DNA of 63,666 nucleotides, the filler included, from Choristocarpus tenellus KU-1152 (Eukaryota > Protista > Phaeophyceae): the NCBI GenBank assembly GCA_964200185.2. It is 13 parts of 13 records of this genome, joined end to end, with 100 filler letters (N's around TTAATTAATTAA, not from the genome) between each part and the next. Parts side by side here need not be neighbours in the genome. Positions count along the whole stretch, not along the records: positions 17,206 to 26,423 come from CAXNAD020003871.1; positions 26,524 to 32,535 come from CAXNAD020009172.1; positions 32,636 to 35,287 come from CAXNAD020025948.1; positions 35,388 to 38,135 come from CAXNAD020025085.1; positions 38,236 to 47,249 come from CAXNAD020004082.1; 8 more parts are not named here. The stretch is one strand, 5' to 3'. A model generated the notes under the pieces. The model worked only from the letters and a program-made list of their open reading frames with translations. It did no database searches and was not told the origin of the DNA. Below are positions 25,281 to 39,625 of the stretch, piece after piece (positions within the stretch are counted from its first letter, which is position 1; the number at the start of each line of letters is the position of its first letter). Position numbers and translations under genes: made by a program.

Positions 25281-26269
25281 GATCAGAAACATTCAAGAAT
25301 GATAAGAATATGCCCAATTCTGTGTTCCATTCTTTCGGAACCATTTCAGAATATAATTCTTTGCAGCATTATTTGAAATATATATTTTTAATGTAAATCT
25401 TCCAAGGAATCCATCGCAAAAGTTCGTTTTGTAATCGGAGGTCATCCTGAAGAGCTACAACTTGACGGTCCAAATTATGGACAGAGGGAGTAGTCGTATA
25501 CATTTTAAGTAACAATATTCATACAGAAAACTGTCCCGAACGGACAACAGGCCCAAACTCCTACCCCCTTAACTACTTTGGGTCTGAGAATTAATACTCG
25601 TCCAGACGTCTAATGATGTGGGTCGTTCCCGGGCGAGAACTGAGCTTGCAAAAGTTATGATGCATTTAATTCTGAATGAAGTTTGTAGGTACACACTTGT
25701 TTACAAAACCCTAAAACTTACTGGGTGCTTGATGCATGAACCTCCTGTATCCCCCGTTTTGTCCATCTGATATATAGCAAACAGATTAATATTTTTCAAA
25801 CTTACGACAGCTGTTACTTCTTTAGGGATTTTTCTGACATGTAAATAGTTTCCATTGTTTTTTCCCCTCATATATCTGGGAAATGTCGGAGGGCAAAGTA
25901 ATATTAGATACGCATCCTATTCTTAAGTAGGTATAGACATTTTTTACTATTAACATTGTCAATTGTATTGGGTTGCAATTAACTTTCAGAACAATAGTTG
26001 CAATGTGTACATTGTGTGTAAAACATACTATGAGAAGTGACGATGTGTACACTACCTAAAATGATGCCCTTGCACAGGATGAGTCAGGATGGAGGGTGGT
26101 CACTATCAGGTTACTTATGAAGAGTAGTCCCTGTTGGACATGTCAATGCCAGCAATCCGTCAAGAACAACCCTAGCACAGGTCAAAACGGAGAGGCCTTT
26201 GATACAGTGGGTGACGCAATCTGATAGGCGAACACAACCTCGGAAGTCGCAGTGACACCTATGAGCACA

Positions 26270-26423
26270 GGCTCAACGTATCTAGTCGGGGTGGCGGCTG
26301 TCCCTTTGGGGTCCATTTTTCCACATCGCAAATTTTGGGTGAACTCATTGCATGGCTCGGATCGATAATGTAGGTTCACTTCTACTGGTTATGGCCCGAA
26401 TGGACACCCTGGTGTAGTCCCCC
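26270..26423. mobile_element. MITE family M2 (G-tract TIRs)
   Basis: Homologous to ~31012-31312 and (reverse) ~38255-38426. The terminal motif CAAAGTATCTGGGGG(n) or its reverse complement, whole or truncated, also occurs at 9212-9235, 17088-17105, 32645-32679, 52917-52950 and 56350-56361. Confidence 0.7.
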
Positions 26424-27769
26424 NNNNNNNNNNNNNNNNNNNNNNNNNNNNNNNNNNNNNNNNNNNNTTAATTAATTAANNNNNNNNNNNNNNNNNNNNN
26501 NNNNNNNNNNNNNNNNNNNNNNNGGGGGGGGTTAACATGTCCCTATTGGTTTTTTATTTTCTAAATTAGTGTTCCTTTTACTTCCTGCCCAGGGTGTTTG
26601 TTTTTTTATGAATTTATTATTATTATTTATTTATTTTTGTGCTTGTGTTGGTTTCTGTTAGTTTTTATTTGTTTTGTAGTTTGTGCTTTTGGAGCATCCT
26701 CTATGTTTGAAGGTTTTGTGCATTTCCTCTTCAGACTTTTTTTTTGTTATTGTGGAGTTTGAAGTAGGAATGGGTCTCATCCATCCCCTTCGTCTATTGG
26801 ATTCTGGAACATTTAATAATAGATCTATATTTCTTTCTATCGGGTGTTAAGAATGTTCTGGACTTAGGGTTAGAGTTAGGTTCATCACTTGAATTACAGC
26901 GGCATGGTAGGAGTCCATCTGAAAAGAGGGTGTGAAATGGACAGGTGGTAGAGGGGGCCGGGCCAATCAGGTGTTGTTATGATAGGGTGATGCTGACTTG
27001 ACTAAATACTCTATCCGTGGCAAACTCTGATTTCTTGTTAAGGTGGGCAGACCTATCTATGTTGAAGACAAACGGCTTTCGTACTGTATGAGACAGTAAC
27101 AACAGTAACAAGTGGAGTTTGTATATTTGTGGTTGGGATTACTTGGAGGGAATTTGTGAATTTATGGTCTGGTTGGGGTTAGGGTTTAGTTTAGGGGGTA
27201 GTTTTTTGGAGATGGAGACGGCTGGTGGTGGATATTGTGTGAACTTGGACGATCAGCTTTTGAATGCATCTTTGGTATTGGACCTCTTTCTTCTTCAGGA
27301 ATGTTGGATCGTGTCCTGGGCTTTTGATTTAGGGTTAGGGTTAGGGTGAGGTAGTTCGTCTTGTAGAGTTATTGGTAGGTGGTACAGAATGTGTTGCCTC
27401 TGCTGTAGAGCAGATGGTCATTAGGATAGGGTTAGGGTTATTGTTGCAGATGGGGTATACCTTTTTTGTTTTATATTTTTTGTTCCTTGTTGATCTTTCT
27501 CGAGCAGTATGGTAATTGTTCTTTGGATTAGATTTTCAATAACGGTTCTAGGATCTTGCAGTCTGATTCGTGAAAAATATATACATAAATATTATTCTAA
27601 TTATTTTACTTGAAATTAGTGTAGGAAGAGTCGTTCCATTATGAGAATTGTTTTTTGTTTTTTGAGTGATTGATGCTCAAACTGGCACAACTGGTAGTGT
27701 TATGCATGCATGCCTGGATGATCGATTCGTGGGCTTTGCGTGTTTTTTTTGTGTGTTTTGACTGAGTAG

Positions 27770-30700
27770 GTCCCCGGGGGGGATGGGCGAGATGGTGAGT
27801 ATGTAATGAACATGACTTCGATGATTCAGTACATGAAGAGCAAGCTGATCAAGTGTACCATTAGAGACCGCTTTGGGAATGAGAGTGCTAGGATCTTTGA
27901 GGTGAGTGGACTGACACACAGTAATAGGATCTTTGTATGATAATTCGATGGGTTATTTTTTATTTTTACCGGAATAGCTTTTTGTTTGGAAAAATGAATG
28001 CGAGAGAGAGAGAGACGCTCTGCTCTGGTGGGTGATATGGATTACAGTTACATGTTTCCGTTTTATTTTATTATTTTATTTTTCAATGAGTACGGGAGTT
28101 TTGTTTTGTTTTTTTGCTCGTGTGTGTGCCTGTGTGTGTATTAAAAATTGACAGTGATTCACTCGAGGGTTCTTGATGGGGTGATGTTGATGGCAAGGGC
28201 GTAACTGTTGCCTGAAGGGGATTGGTTCCAACCTGGTGTGTTGTACATACTGGGGCTCTTGAAGAGGGTTCGGGCAAAGAAATGTTCAACACACAAGTCC
28301 TTTTTTTTTGTTGATCTAGTCACCTTTTTTTGCCAACAAAACCGGCTCTAATTTTGTGTCTGTGTGTCTGTGTGTGGAGGGTGGGGAACCTGGAATGGGA
28401 TGGTTGAGGGTTTTGAGTATAGGGTTAGTGGTTGGGTAAGGTTGGGAGAGTTGGAGGATGAAGGTGTCCCCGATCGCCTTAGGGCCTTTGAGTGCTGGAT
28501 ATGTTTGAATGTGTACAAATGACTGATGATGTGTTGTAGCCAATGCCTGCACCCTCACCCTCACCCTAGTGATGATATCATCTGTGAAGCAGTGGTGGGG
28601 ATGAGCAAGAAAACGCTTTCTTATTTTTTACATAGTGGGTCTGGATTGTTGTGTTTCAGCAGGTGAAGGTCTGAAGTGGAGATTCTTGAGGAGGGGGGGG
28701 GAGGGGGGGGCGTTGATCTTCATTTTTTTTAAGGATGTCTAGGGACAAAATGGAGGTCGAAGTCAAGTTCTTCAACCACCCTAACCCTAACCTTCAAAAA
28801 GAATGAAACTGCAGAGTTCTAATCAAGAACGATAGTTTCGTCCTGTTTTTTTTTACTTGAGTAAAGTACGGAGATTCTGGGAGTGCCCAGTGTATGATTG
28901 TGAATAGTGTACTCCTTTGACAAGCTATATAGCGGAGACTCCCCGAAGGGTAGAGTGCACCTCTTTCCTTTACTAGTTAGTGTACTGCACTGTCTTTCCA
29001 TCTCGACAATGATCTGTTAGTGTTGCTTGCATTGGCTGCATATGTTTTGTGTGTTGTCTCTCTGTGTGTGTGTGTTGGGTTTTTTTGTTATTATTATTGT
29101 TGTTGCTCAGCTCCTACTACAGAAGAAGTATTTAGAACAACAGCATGTAGGAGAGATGGCCATGATTCCGGCGAGGGATGCTCGAGAAAGACTGTATGCC
29201 ATGCTCAAGAATAGGCAAGTACCTTGACACCTTGGAGGCGTGTTTGGTCCACATACAGTGCGCATTTGCTACTAGGTTGAAGGGCAGAATTTCGGAGGTA
29301 TTTGAGGCCATGGCCATGGTGTGATGGTGCATTGCCCTGTATAATAAATTGTACTTTTTGTGTTGTAGGGTTTAGTTTGTATGGGTTTTAGGGTTTAGTT
29401 TGTATGGATTAGGGTTAGGGTTTAGTTTGTATGGGTTAGGGTTTTAGGGTTTAGTTTGTATGGATTCGAATGCTGAGACCCTTTCGACTGAGGAGTTGTA
29501 TGTATATGCAGTGCTTTTTGTGTGCATGAGTTTTTTTTTATGCTTTTTAAGGTTTTGTGTTCGTTTGCACCATTTGCTTTCAGCGCCTGTGTGTGTCACT
29601 TCAGATACACACCATTTTGGACTTTAGATTCATCCCAAATATATGTATGGCTGTGTCCATTTCTATTCTAGTTCTGAGATTTTTGGTTTGGTTTGGTTTG
29701 GTTTGTGTCTAACTCCCTCCCTACCCACTACCTCTCATCTCACTACCCCATGTGGTGCCTCTTTCTTGCACAAAGGATGGTTTCAATTCAGGAGGTGCCC
29801 AAGAGAGGGGATAGGAACCCCAGCACAACCTTCTACCTGTGGACTGTAAGGCATGACCAGGTAAAACATTTCCATAAGTGCTACGATTGGAGGCGTGTGT
29901 GTGTGTGTGCCTTGAGAAAAAAATAAATAAATGTATAAACATTTGGTGCATTTCTGACTTTTTCAGGTGGAGCAAGTGCACTTGGATAGCCTGTACAAAT
30001 CGATGCTGAACATGAGGTTGCGGAGGAGGTTTGTGTATGACCAGGAAAAGGTAAGGACTGCGTGACAAGAAGAGGTAGGTACACATGCTATTGATTATGT
30101 TATTTTATACATTTGACAACAAACAAAAAAAGATGGCAGAAAAAGGGTACGCCATTTATTTTCTATTTATTTTGAAGACGTAGTAAGCAACACATTTAAT
30201 CACAGGTCAAGTGTTTGTGGAAGGAAAGACTTTTTGCAACCGTCAAGGTCCTAATTTGGTTGTCGTACTGAGCGATGTTGTACACTGCCGTAGAGTGCAT
30301 GGACTGTACGGTTTAAAAAGAGTTAATGGAGTATGGTAAAGGATACAGAAGATTTATTCTCTTTTTTTTGTTTATGTGTGTTTTTATTCTTTTTGGGGGG
30401 GGGACCGGACTGATCGCAGGTGCCGAATGATCTTTGTCTACTATAGGTAGAGTTGAAGCGACTTCGGACAAGTGTTGTTCTTGAGAGACCAGTGAGGCTT
30501 TGGTGGAGGTGCACTGTGTTTTTTGTAGCGATTGGGGAGGCAGGACACCCAGAAGCCTTAACTCTCTAAATGCAGAAGAGGACTTTTGGTTACTGCGTAT
30601 CATATTGACTAATTCTGTGTTGCTTTGTGTTTCCAGGAACTCTTCCTGCATGATGCGGCGGCGAGATTGTCTGATGATGCTGAGAGAGAACGCCTGGACA

Positions 30701-30780
30701 AGGTCCGTCGTAGTCTGGACCATCTGGACCATGCTCTCCTGAGGCTGGACAAGAACTTGATGCACTTCAACATATTTTGA
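27770..30780 (+). CDS. POLR3C: DNA-directed RNA polymerase III subunit RPC3 (RPC62/RPC82), 5'-partial
   Basis: Exons 27770-27901 (..IRDRFGNESARIFE), 29111-29214 (LLLQKKYLEQQHVGEMAMIPARDARERLYAML), 29776-29860 (IQEVPKRGDRNPSTTFYLWTV), 29967-30050 (LYKSMLNMRLRR) and 30637-30780 (..LDHALLRLDKNLMHFNIF*). All phases are consistent and the motifs match the RPC3 C-terminal half. Confidence 0.93.
29367..29465. repeat. Intronic telomere-like minisatellite, (TTAGGG)-TTTAGTTTGTATGG units
   Basis: Four copies of AGGGTTTAGTTTGTATGG separated by variable TTAGGG/TTTAGGG. Confidence 0.8.
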
Positions 30781-32900
30781 TCAAAAACCTTTCTACCAAG
30801 GAGAGTATTTGTTGTTTTGTGCTCATTGATGCCTTTGTTGAAGAGAGTCTGACCCTTAGAATGATAAGTTTCCTCCTTGTGGTGCCTCATGGAAATGCCC
30901 AACATAGATATAGGCGAGATTTTATCAGAGTGAAGAATTGAGTTTGGCGACTGAGGGTTTGAAAATGAGGTACAAAGGATGATTAGTTGTGGTAGACAAA
31001 TCAACAAATAGCTTAAAGTGTCTGGGGGGGGGGGGGGGGGGGGTCACTCTGGGGGCCNNNNNNNNNNGGGTAGGGGAGGTGTAAAAAGAGATAAAAATAG
31101 TTTTATTGGGGTGAGAAAAAAAAAAAAGTTTTGTTTGGGTGTTTGGGGGGGGGGGGGGGGGGCTGTCCATCTGTGGTCCATTTTTCCATGTCACTATTTT
31201 TGGGTGATTTTGTTGCATGCGTCGAATGGATAATTTGAGTTCACTCCTTCTGGTCAGGGTCCGAATGGATACCCTGGTGTAGACCCCGCGCGCGCGCGCC
31301 AGATACTTGACCCAAACTTGGGAGTATATTGTTGGAGGTGGTAGTTACATTTTTTATTTCAACAAACCTTGACCAACTTTTTGAGTCCGCAACCAAAATG
31401 ACTGCACCTTCAATAATCTTTCATTCACTGCTGCGTTCAGTTCGTTCTCTAAGATAATAATAATAATTCATTTTTTGGGGCATCTTTTTTGTTAAACCGT
31501 TCATTTTTTTTTATATGAAGGGATGCTGCTGTGTGTGGAAGGGTTAGTTGAGCAGGGGCAACTTGCCCAGGTTAAGTGTTGGGCTTGTCGTTGACCTGTA
31601 GGTACGCAATGCAGGTGTGCTGATCCATGGGTATCGCCCAAACATTTCTCTGTTCTGTCCATGATCAAATGGATTTTAGTGTTGTTAGGTAGAGGTACGT
31701 AATCAAAACGGTACTTGGAACTCACACTCGTTATTCACGTTTCAACATGTTTTGTCGGTTTCATTTGAGATACGGCATTCATTCCTGGTCCTTTTTCATT
31801 GCGGCACTTTTGTCTGGTGAGAGTTTCGTTCTATTTTTTTTCGATTCTTATTCTTTTCATTTTGTCGTATGGTACTTTGCAGTGTTCAACATCTTGTCTT
31901 CTATGGAGCCGTGGTGTGATCCATTATCATATTGGTGAGGGCAGCATGCTCTGTCGCTTGAATTTCAATTTAGAAATGTATACAGTAATGCGTTCCTGTG
32001 TCGGGATTATTTTTTTTTAGTGGGAGTCTTTTTTAATGGCACTGAGTGGAAGGAAGGCGAATGATATGTGCTGTACACTACAAGCAAGCACAGATTGTTA
32101 ATGCCAAGACGTAGGGGTGCTATATGTTCAGGTGATGAGATGAATGCGATGAAGTGTTTAAATCGCTAGTGAATAGTGCTGTTTGTGTATACTTAACCTA
32201 TCATCTTATGTAGTCGCCCTTACAATACTCTTGCTGAGTGCAAGGAGTGTATGCACACAATTTGGCTGGTTGTGTGGTAGTGGAGAAGAATGATGGAGCT
32301 GGCAGCGTTATTACCGTGATAAGGTTGACTAATCGCTCATATTGACATACAATACTTGTTACGTATAAGCAACACACGGTTCACGTATGTTTATACATAA
32401 GCGTACAAATGATGGTTGGTCTGTCTATCTTGCCTAGAATATTCTATCGAAATGGCAAATTAAGTGATAGTTTATGAAGTAAACTGAGTTTTGTGGGCGG
32501 GAGAATTCTGGTTGGCTGGGGGCACAGGTCAAGAANNNNNNNNNNNNNNNNNNNNNNNNNNNNNNNNNNNNNNNNNNNNTTAATTAATTAANNNNNNNNN
32601 NNNNNNNNNNNNNNNNNNNNNNNNNNNNNNNNNNNAATTGAACGCCCCCCCCCCCCCCCCCCCCCAGATGCTTTGAGCCAAAGTCTTGTGTTACTATGTT
32701 CACTGTCTGTTACAAAAAAAAAGTACTGCGGTGATATGATTGTACCTTGAAGCGTTAGTCCATTGAATTTGTTGTACTATCAACAGCACAACACAGCTAC
32801 CCTTATCGGAGTGTTTCTAAGGAAGAAAGGCGTTTCCAAAATCCTGTGCTCGAGCGAGTGGCTTCGTGCATGGTTATAGAGTCAAACAAGCATTTGATAA

Positions 32901-33193
32901 GAGTCAAACAAGCATTTGATAGGGTAGGGCCGCGTCCGTTTGGATGTCACAAATCCAATGTTGTGATTCTGATGTAATTTTGGCTATCGTGTTTGTTAGG
33001 AAGAGTAAATGTCCTTGTTCCAGACGCTCCTTTCATTGTCCTATACATTTTACCTAATCCGAAATCCGAAAGAGGGCATTAGAAAAAAAAATGTTCCCAC
33101 AGAAAAACCAAAAAAGGGCGTAAAAAACCCGTTGAAACCTAAGCCCCGGATGGACAAACAGGGCAAGACTCTTATTACCCCCTTAAATTCTTT
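32901..33193. mobile_element. Diverged MITE, family M1
   Basis: Shares CGCGTCCxTTTGG..AAATCCAATGTTG..GGACAAACAGGGCAA with other M1 copies. Partial copy at 35388-35530, diverged copy at ~48595-48832. Confidence 0.7.
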
Positions 33194-33607
33194 AATTACA
33201 TTATTTCCGAGATTTTTCTGTTGTGATTCTTTTAATTGTTGTTTTTTATTGAATGAGATACCACACTTACTTCAAGCTACTACATTTTTGGACGTTATAA
33301 TATTTACTTCTACAACCAGTACGGTATACTGGTTGTGAATACTACTACACCATTGACCCATTGACAACTTGGAACCATTTTTTCATAACCTGTCGGAATT
33401 ATTCTTTATTTTATAATAAAACAAAAAAAAGTGTACTTTAACTCGAAATTCGTCTGCGCTAGTTGCAAGTAAATTTGTGTACTCTTTTCTATTAAGAAAA
33501 AAAAAGTTAAATACACCAACAAAGTAAAACAAAAAAAAAGTGAAACAAAATAATAAAAACAAACCAAAACGAACCAGAAACGGCACAGTTTTTTCACACG
33601 CGTCCTA

Positions 33608-35083
<1,476 letters not shown>

Positions 35084-36262
35084 CTGTTCAAAGCATTTTT
35101 TTTTTAAATGCCGTAAGTTCATAAAGTTTTATTTATTTATGTTTTTTTTCACTCTAATTACCATTCATCAATAAATAGTATAAGCGAACAGTTTTGAAAA
35201 ATATTTTAAAAATAATAAATATATATATATATATATATATATGCTCTCCTTTTTTGTACTACCTGCGTTCGTCGCGTGAGGGGGGCGNNNNNNNNNNNNN
35301 NNNNNNNNNNNNNNNNNNNNNNNNNNNNNNNTTAATTAATTAANNNNNNNNNNNNNNNNNNNNNNNNNNNNNNNNNNNNNNNNNNNNCATGTTCTGGACA
35401 CACCTTTTAATTATATACATACTTTACCTTCTCCTAAACATTTTGAAGTAGGAAAATGTCATAAAAGAACCCATGGGAAGCAAAGATCCAAATGGACAAA
35501 CAGGCCAAAACCCGTACCCTCTAAGATAGATTGAGTGATGAGTTATTAGTGATCAGGATGGGAGGAGTGAAAGGTTTATCGCTCCCCCCTGCTTGGATGG
35601 TATTCCTCACTCCATCTTTCTACCTATTACAATATAACTGAGAAGGAATTAATCTACATATTTCTATATCAAGGCGTGGGATTCTACACATTGTTTACCT
35701 CCATCCTTTACTCAAAATGGCTGGGGGCGCTGGCCAGCCATGCAGAACCAAGTTCGCACATGACAGACTCCATGACCATCGACCGTTTCAACATGGCCGG
35801 GCCACAGAGCAGTCCATGGCCATATGACCGACAGTGGACATGTTAACTGCCAGGCCCGATGAAAAGACCAGGAAAATCGCCTTCAACAGCCTATGCCCCT
35901 CGGCCTTCACTGATGCTCTCTCCGAGACCCGACCAGGACTCCTACTCTGGCTCCTCAACTCCTGGTCCCTCTCTCCTCGCTTGGTTTGTTGGTAAGGATT
36001 ACTCCCCCCACCTGATACGCTCCACCATGGAACAAGCCGACAACACCTCACTCTGTACTTGTGGAAAATAGGACAATAGTGAGGTGTACCTTATTTTGTG
36101 TATGAGAGAGATGTAACTAATGAGATAGCACATCCGGATTATGAATGGGAATATATATATATATATATATATATGAGTTTTTATTCTGCATTCAACTACT
36201 TTGACATAACCATGGATGTATGTATGAGACACAAATAATAATAGAACAAGCAATGAGAAGAC

Positions 36263-36633
36263 TGTTCGTAGATAGTGCTGCTGATACACATAAACACCAC
36301 CGGTGGAGTAGATAATAGGATGGAGAGCCGGTGACAGATATATTATATGTACTGACTCATAGTGTTGATTGATTTATTCATCATGTTCAAGATACACTTT
36401 CTATACTTAAGACGAGTAAATAAGTGATTCATAGGAATTTAGTGCGGACGATTACAAACCCCACACTATAGAAATAATAATGGTAGTCTAGACTATAGTC
36501 TTACCCACATAGGCAGTCAGAGGAATTGAAACCATAAGCCCCTTGTAATATTAACTTTGCATATCTACATCAAGTTATTCATTGTCTTTCATCAAAGCAC
36601 CAAAGCCGCGGGTCCAGTATGGAATATTCAATA
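36263..36633 (+). mobile_element. Solo LTR, family A
   Basis: Reverse complement of the 49514-49881 LTR. Flanked by a 5-bp TSD (AAGAC/AAGAC). Confidence 0.9.
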
Positions 36634-39374
36634 AAGACACCCCACACAGGTCTCTCTTCTAATTTCAACCATGTAATCACGTTCAGCAAGAGGGAATCGT
36701 GTGAGGCTTCACACCCTCTTGTCTTCACTACTGATAAATAGCATTACCTCCCAAGGTAAATTGCACAATACTCTTCAGAATATAATAGAGGTAGTAGACT
36801 CAACTGGGGTTACTGATTTCTTCAAGGATGTGTGTGAAAATGGATCCCTTCGCCTGGAAGCATACCATCAAGTACAGGCACAACTACTTGTATGTTCAGG
36901 GGGCTTGGAGCTATCCTTCTCTCACCAGGAATCCCTTTGGAAGGCTTGTGAGGAGTTATTGCCCAAGGCAGGTAGCCTTGGAAAGAACAACAACTCCTAC
37001 CCCTCTACCACAGGTCCACAATCTAGCAGCCCACGATGCCAGGATCACAAGGAGGGCACAACATGAAATTCCCCGCCTCCTGAACTGGATTTGGTTCGAC
37101 TCTTTCCGGATGCAATTGGCCAACCTCCCAGACAATGCAGAACAAGGAAGGGAAAGTGTCACAGGTGATGGGTCTTAGTGGCGATTTCATGAACGCCATT
37201 ATGGGTAGAAGATGAGTAGACAAAAAAAAGGTCAAGTTCGAAATCTGAGGAAGGACAAAAAGGGTGGGGTCAAGGCAACCTGTAAGCAATCGTTCTAACA
37301 AGGAAAGGGGGGGTGTCCGGTAGCAAAGGGGAAGATGCATCTGAGCAGCCAAAATGGTATGTGCAAGCTTCTTAGGCTATAGCGTTATGCTGGCCTTGTC
37401 GGTTATGATAGTGGAGATTGGTTATGGTTAAACGGACAGATACGGACATCTGGTAGCGTGGTACCTGGGGCGATCCATAATGAAAGTGATAGTTGAGGGC
37501 TAAGTCCGATGTTAGGGTGGTACAAATGGATAGATCCATCAATCTGTATTTGGGTCTAATCCGACAACAGTACCTCGTCAGGCACTTCTGGTCTCGAATG
37601 CTAGCGTTTCAGGATATCCACAACAGACCTGATAGGTTAGTAGTGCACACAGTAGGGTGATATATGGTTGGGATATCCCGCAGAAACCGTAGAAAGGGAG
37701 GTGCATTGGATCTACGTGACTGGTTGTACTTTGTGCCACTCTTCCCCGTACACACATATGTACTCCGTAGTCCTCCATAATGCGCTTCACATGCTTATAA
37801 CCCATACATTGTTTTTGGAATATACACGTATCTAGTATGGGGAAACGATTTCCCGATCTTGGACCGCAACATTAGTAGGGACGGTGTTGTTACAGGCACC
37901 CCTCGATGCTCACCTATCCAGGATGTACAAGTCAAATCCAATTAACAGATTAATGCACGTCAGTTCAGCAGAACAGTAGCACTCTCAGGTGAATCTCAAG
38001 TAGCACAATGAAATTGTATTATCGATATCAGAAAGAGAGAACTGAATAAGTGGGGCCCTCTGGGTCAGAAGAACTGAGCCGTTTGGAGCCATTTTTAGGA
38101 TCTCTTATCATCATTTACCGTTGGGGCTTCTCTGGNNNNNNNNNNNNNNNNNNNNNNNNNNNNNNNNNNNNNNNNNNNNTTAATTAATTAANNNNNNNNN
38201 NNNNNNNNNNNNNNNNNNNNNNNNNNNNNNNNNNNAAAAAATAGCAGACAAAAGGGGGGGGGGGGGGGGGGGGGGCTCTACACCAGGGTGTCCATTTGGA
38301 CCAAAATCAGGAAAAGTGTATTTACATTATCCATCCAACGTATGCAACCAAATCACCCAAAAATTGCGACATGAAAAAATTGACCCCAAATGGACAGCTG
38401 CCACCCCCCCCAGATACTTTGAGCCTCACCGATCAAAAAAATATTTTAGGTTGTTTTAATCAAGTCTCCAGTAAGGTTGAAATTAAGACGCAGTGGACAG
38501 CATGGTTAAATTCTCACACCTTGACCAACACAAAAAACATACCACATAGATAGGGTCTGATTTCGAAATAGAATGTACCATGGAAGTGACAAGGCTTAGA
38601 TTTATTTACAGAGTTAAAGAGTCTCAAGGGTTTCACAGTTGTAAACTAAAGTATATGACTTCAAAAGTTATTGATGCTATTGAAGACGAACTCAATTAAA
38701 ATCAAACAGAGAGATGCAGAAAGCTCCTAGTGTAGCAAATATATCCACACACGCAAAAAAAATAAATTAGCAAATCAAATCTAATATGTAACACAAATTT
38801 CAGTATCGATTTCCTCCTCATTTAGTCAAATCAAACATTTTCAACTCACAAAAATGAAACACCATCAACACTGTTTTCGATAAAGAGCCAATAATGTGCT
38901 GGTCGCAACAATGAACACCAGCTACAAAATAAATAAATAGAACATATCAAGAGCAATTGATGGTGCCAAACACTATGTGCAATACAATAATTAAACAAGA
39001 AGCACACCAGCAACAATAAAATAAGAATTATACCAAGAACAATGATATCAACGCCACCTTCTCATCAATAAAAACAAAACAAAAAAGGACCACGAGAAAG
39101 AAGAGGAGCCCCTTGCAAGTCACTCTCTCAAAGACAATTTTCAAGCAGACACCCGCTGTGCCTACAACGAGGGGGATCAAGGGAAGGTCTCTGCATGACA
39201 ACTTTGCGCTCATTGGCAGAACAGACTAACCGAGGCAAAGAAGCTGAAAGTAGCCTTGCCTACAGTAACCTTTTTTGAAGTAACCTTTCATCTGTATTCA
39301 ATGTCAATACCTTCCAAGCAAAACACACATAGAGGCCTTCTCTTCATTACTGTTGCCCTTGTCGCTACTCCTAT

Positions 39375-39511
39375 GACTACCGCTATAACTAATGCTACAC
39401 ATATCAGTACTCTCATTATCGACTACCACTATAACTAATGCTACACATATCAGTACTCTCATTATCGACTACCACTATAACTAATGCTACACTATCAGTA
39501 CTCTCATTATC
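39375..39511. repeat. 46-bp tandem repeat x3 (PUS7 intron)
   Basis: GACTACCACTATAACTAATGCTACACATATCAGTACTCTCATTATC units at 39375, 39421 and 39467. Confidence 0.95.
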
Positions 39512-39625
39512 ACCCTTACCTTCATTACCTTTAGAGCAACAGCAATATTGATAGCACTATTACAATCTATCTACTCTACCTCAAGTATTACCGTTGTCAT
39601 CATCATTCGTCTTACTGACACCTAC

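Noticed and set aside
20590-26190. Possible minus-strand gene from candidate exons near 26120-26173, 22456-22612, 21220-21264 and 20635-20673
   Set aside because: Splice phases could not be joined consistently and no domain was recognisable.
29367-29465. True telomere
   Set aside because: It lies inside a POLR3C intron and is a composite, degenerate repeat.
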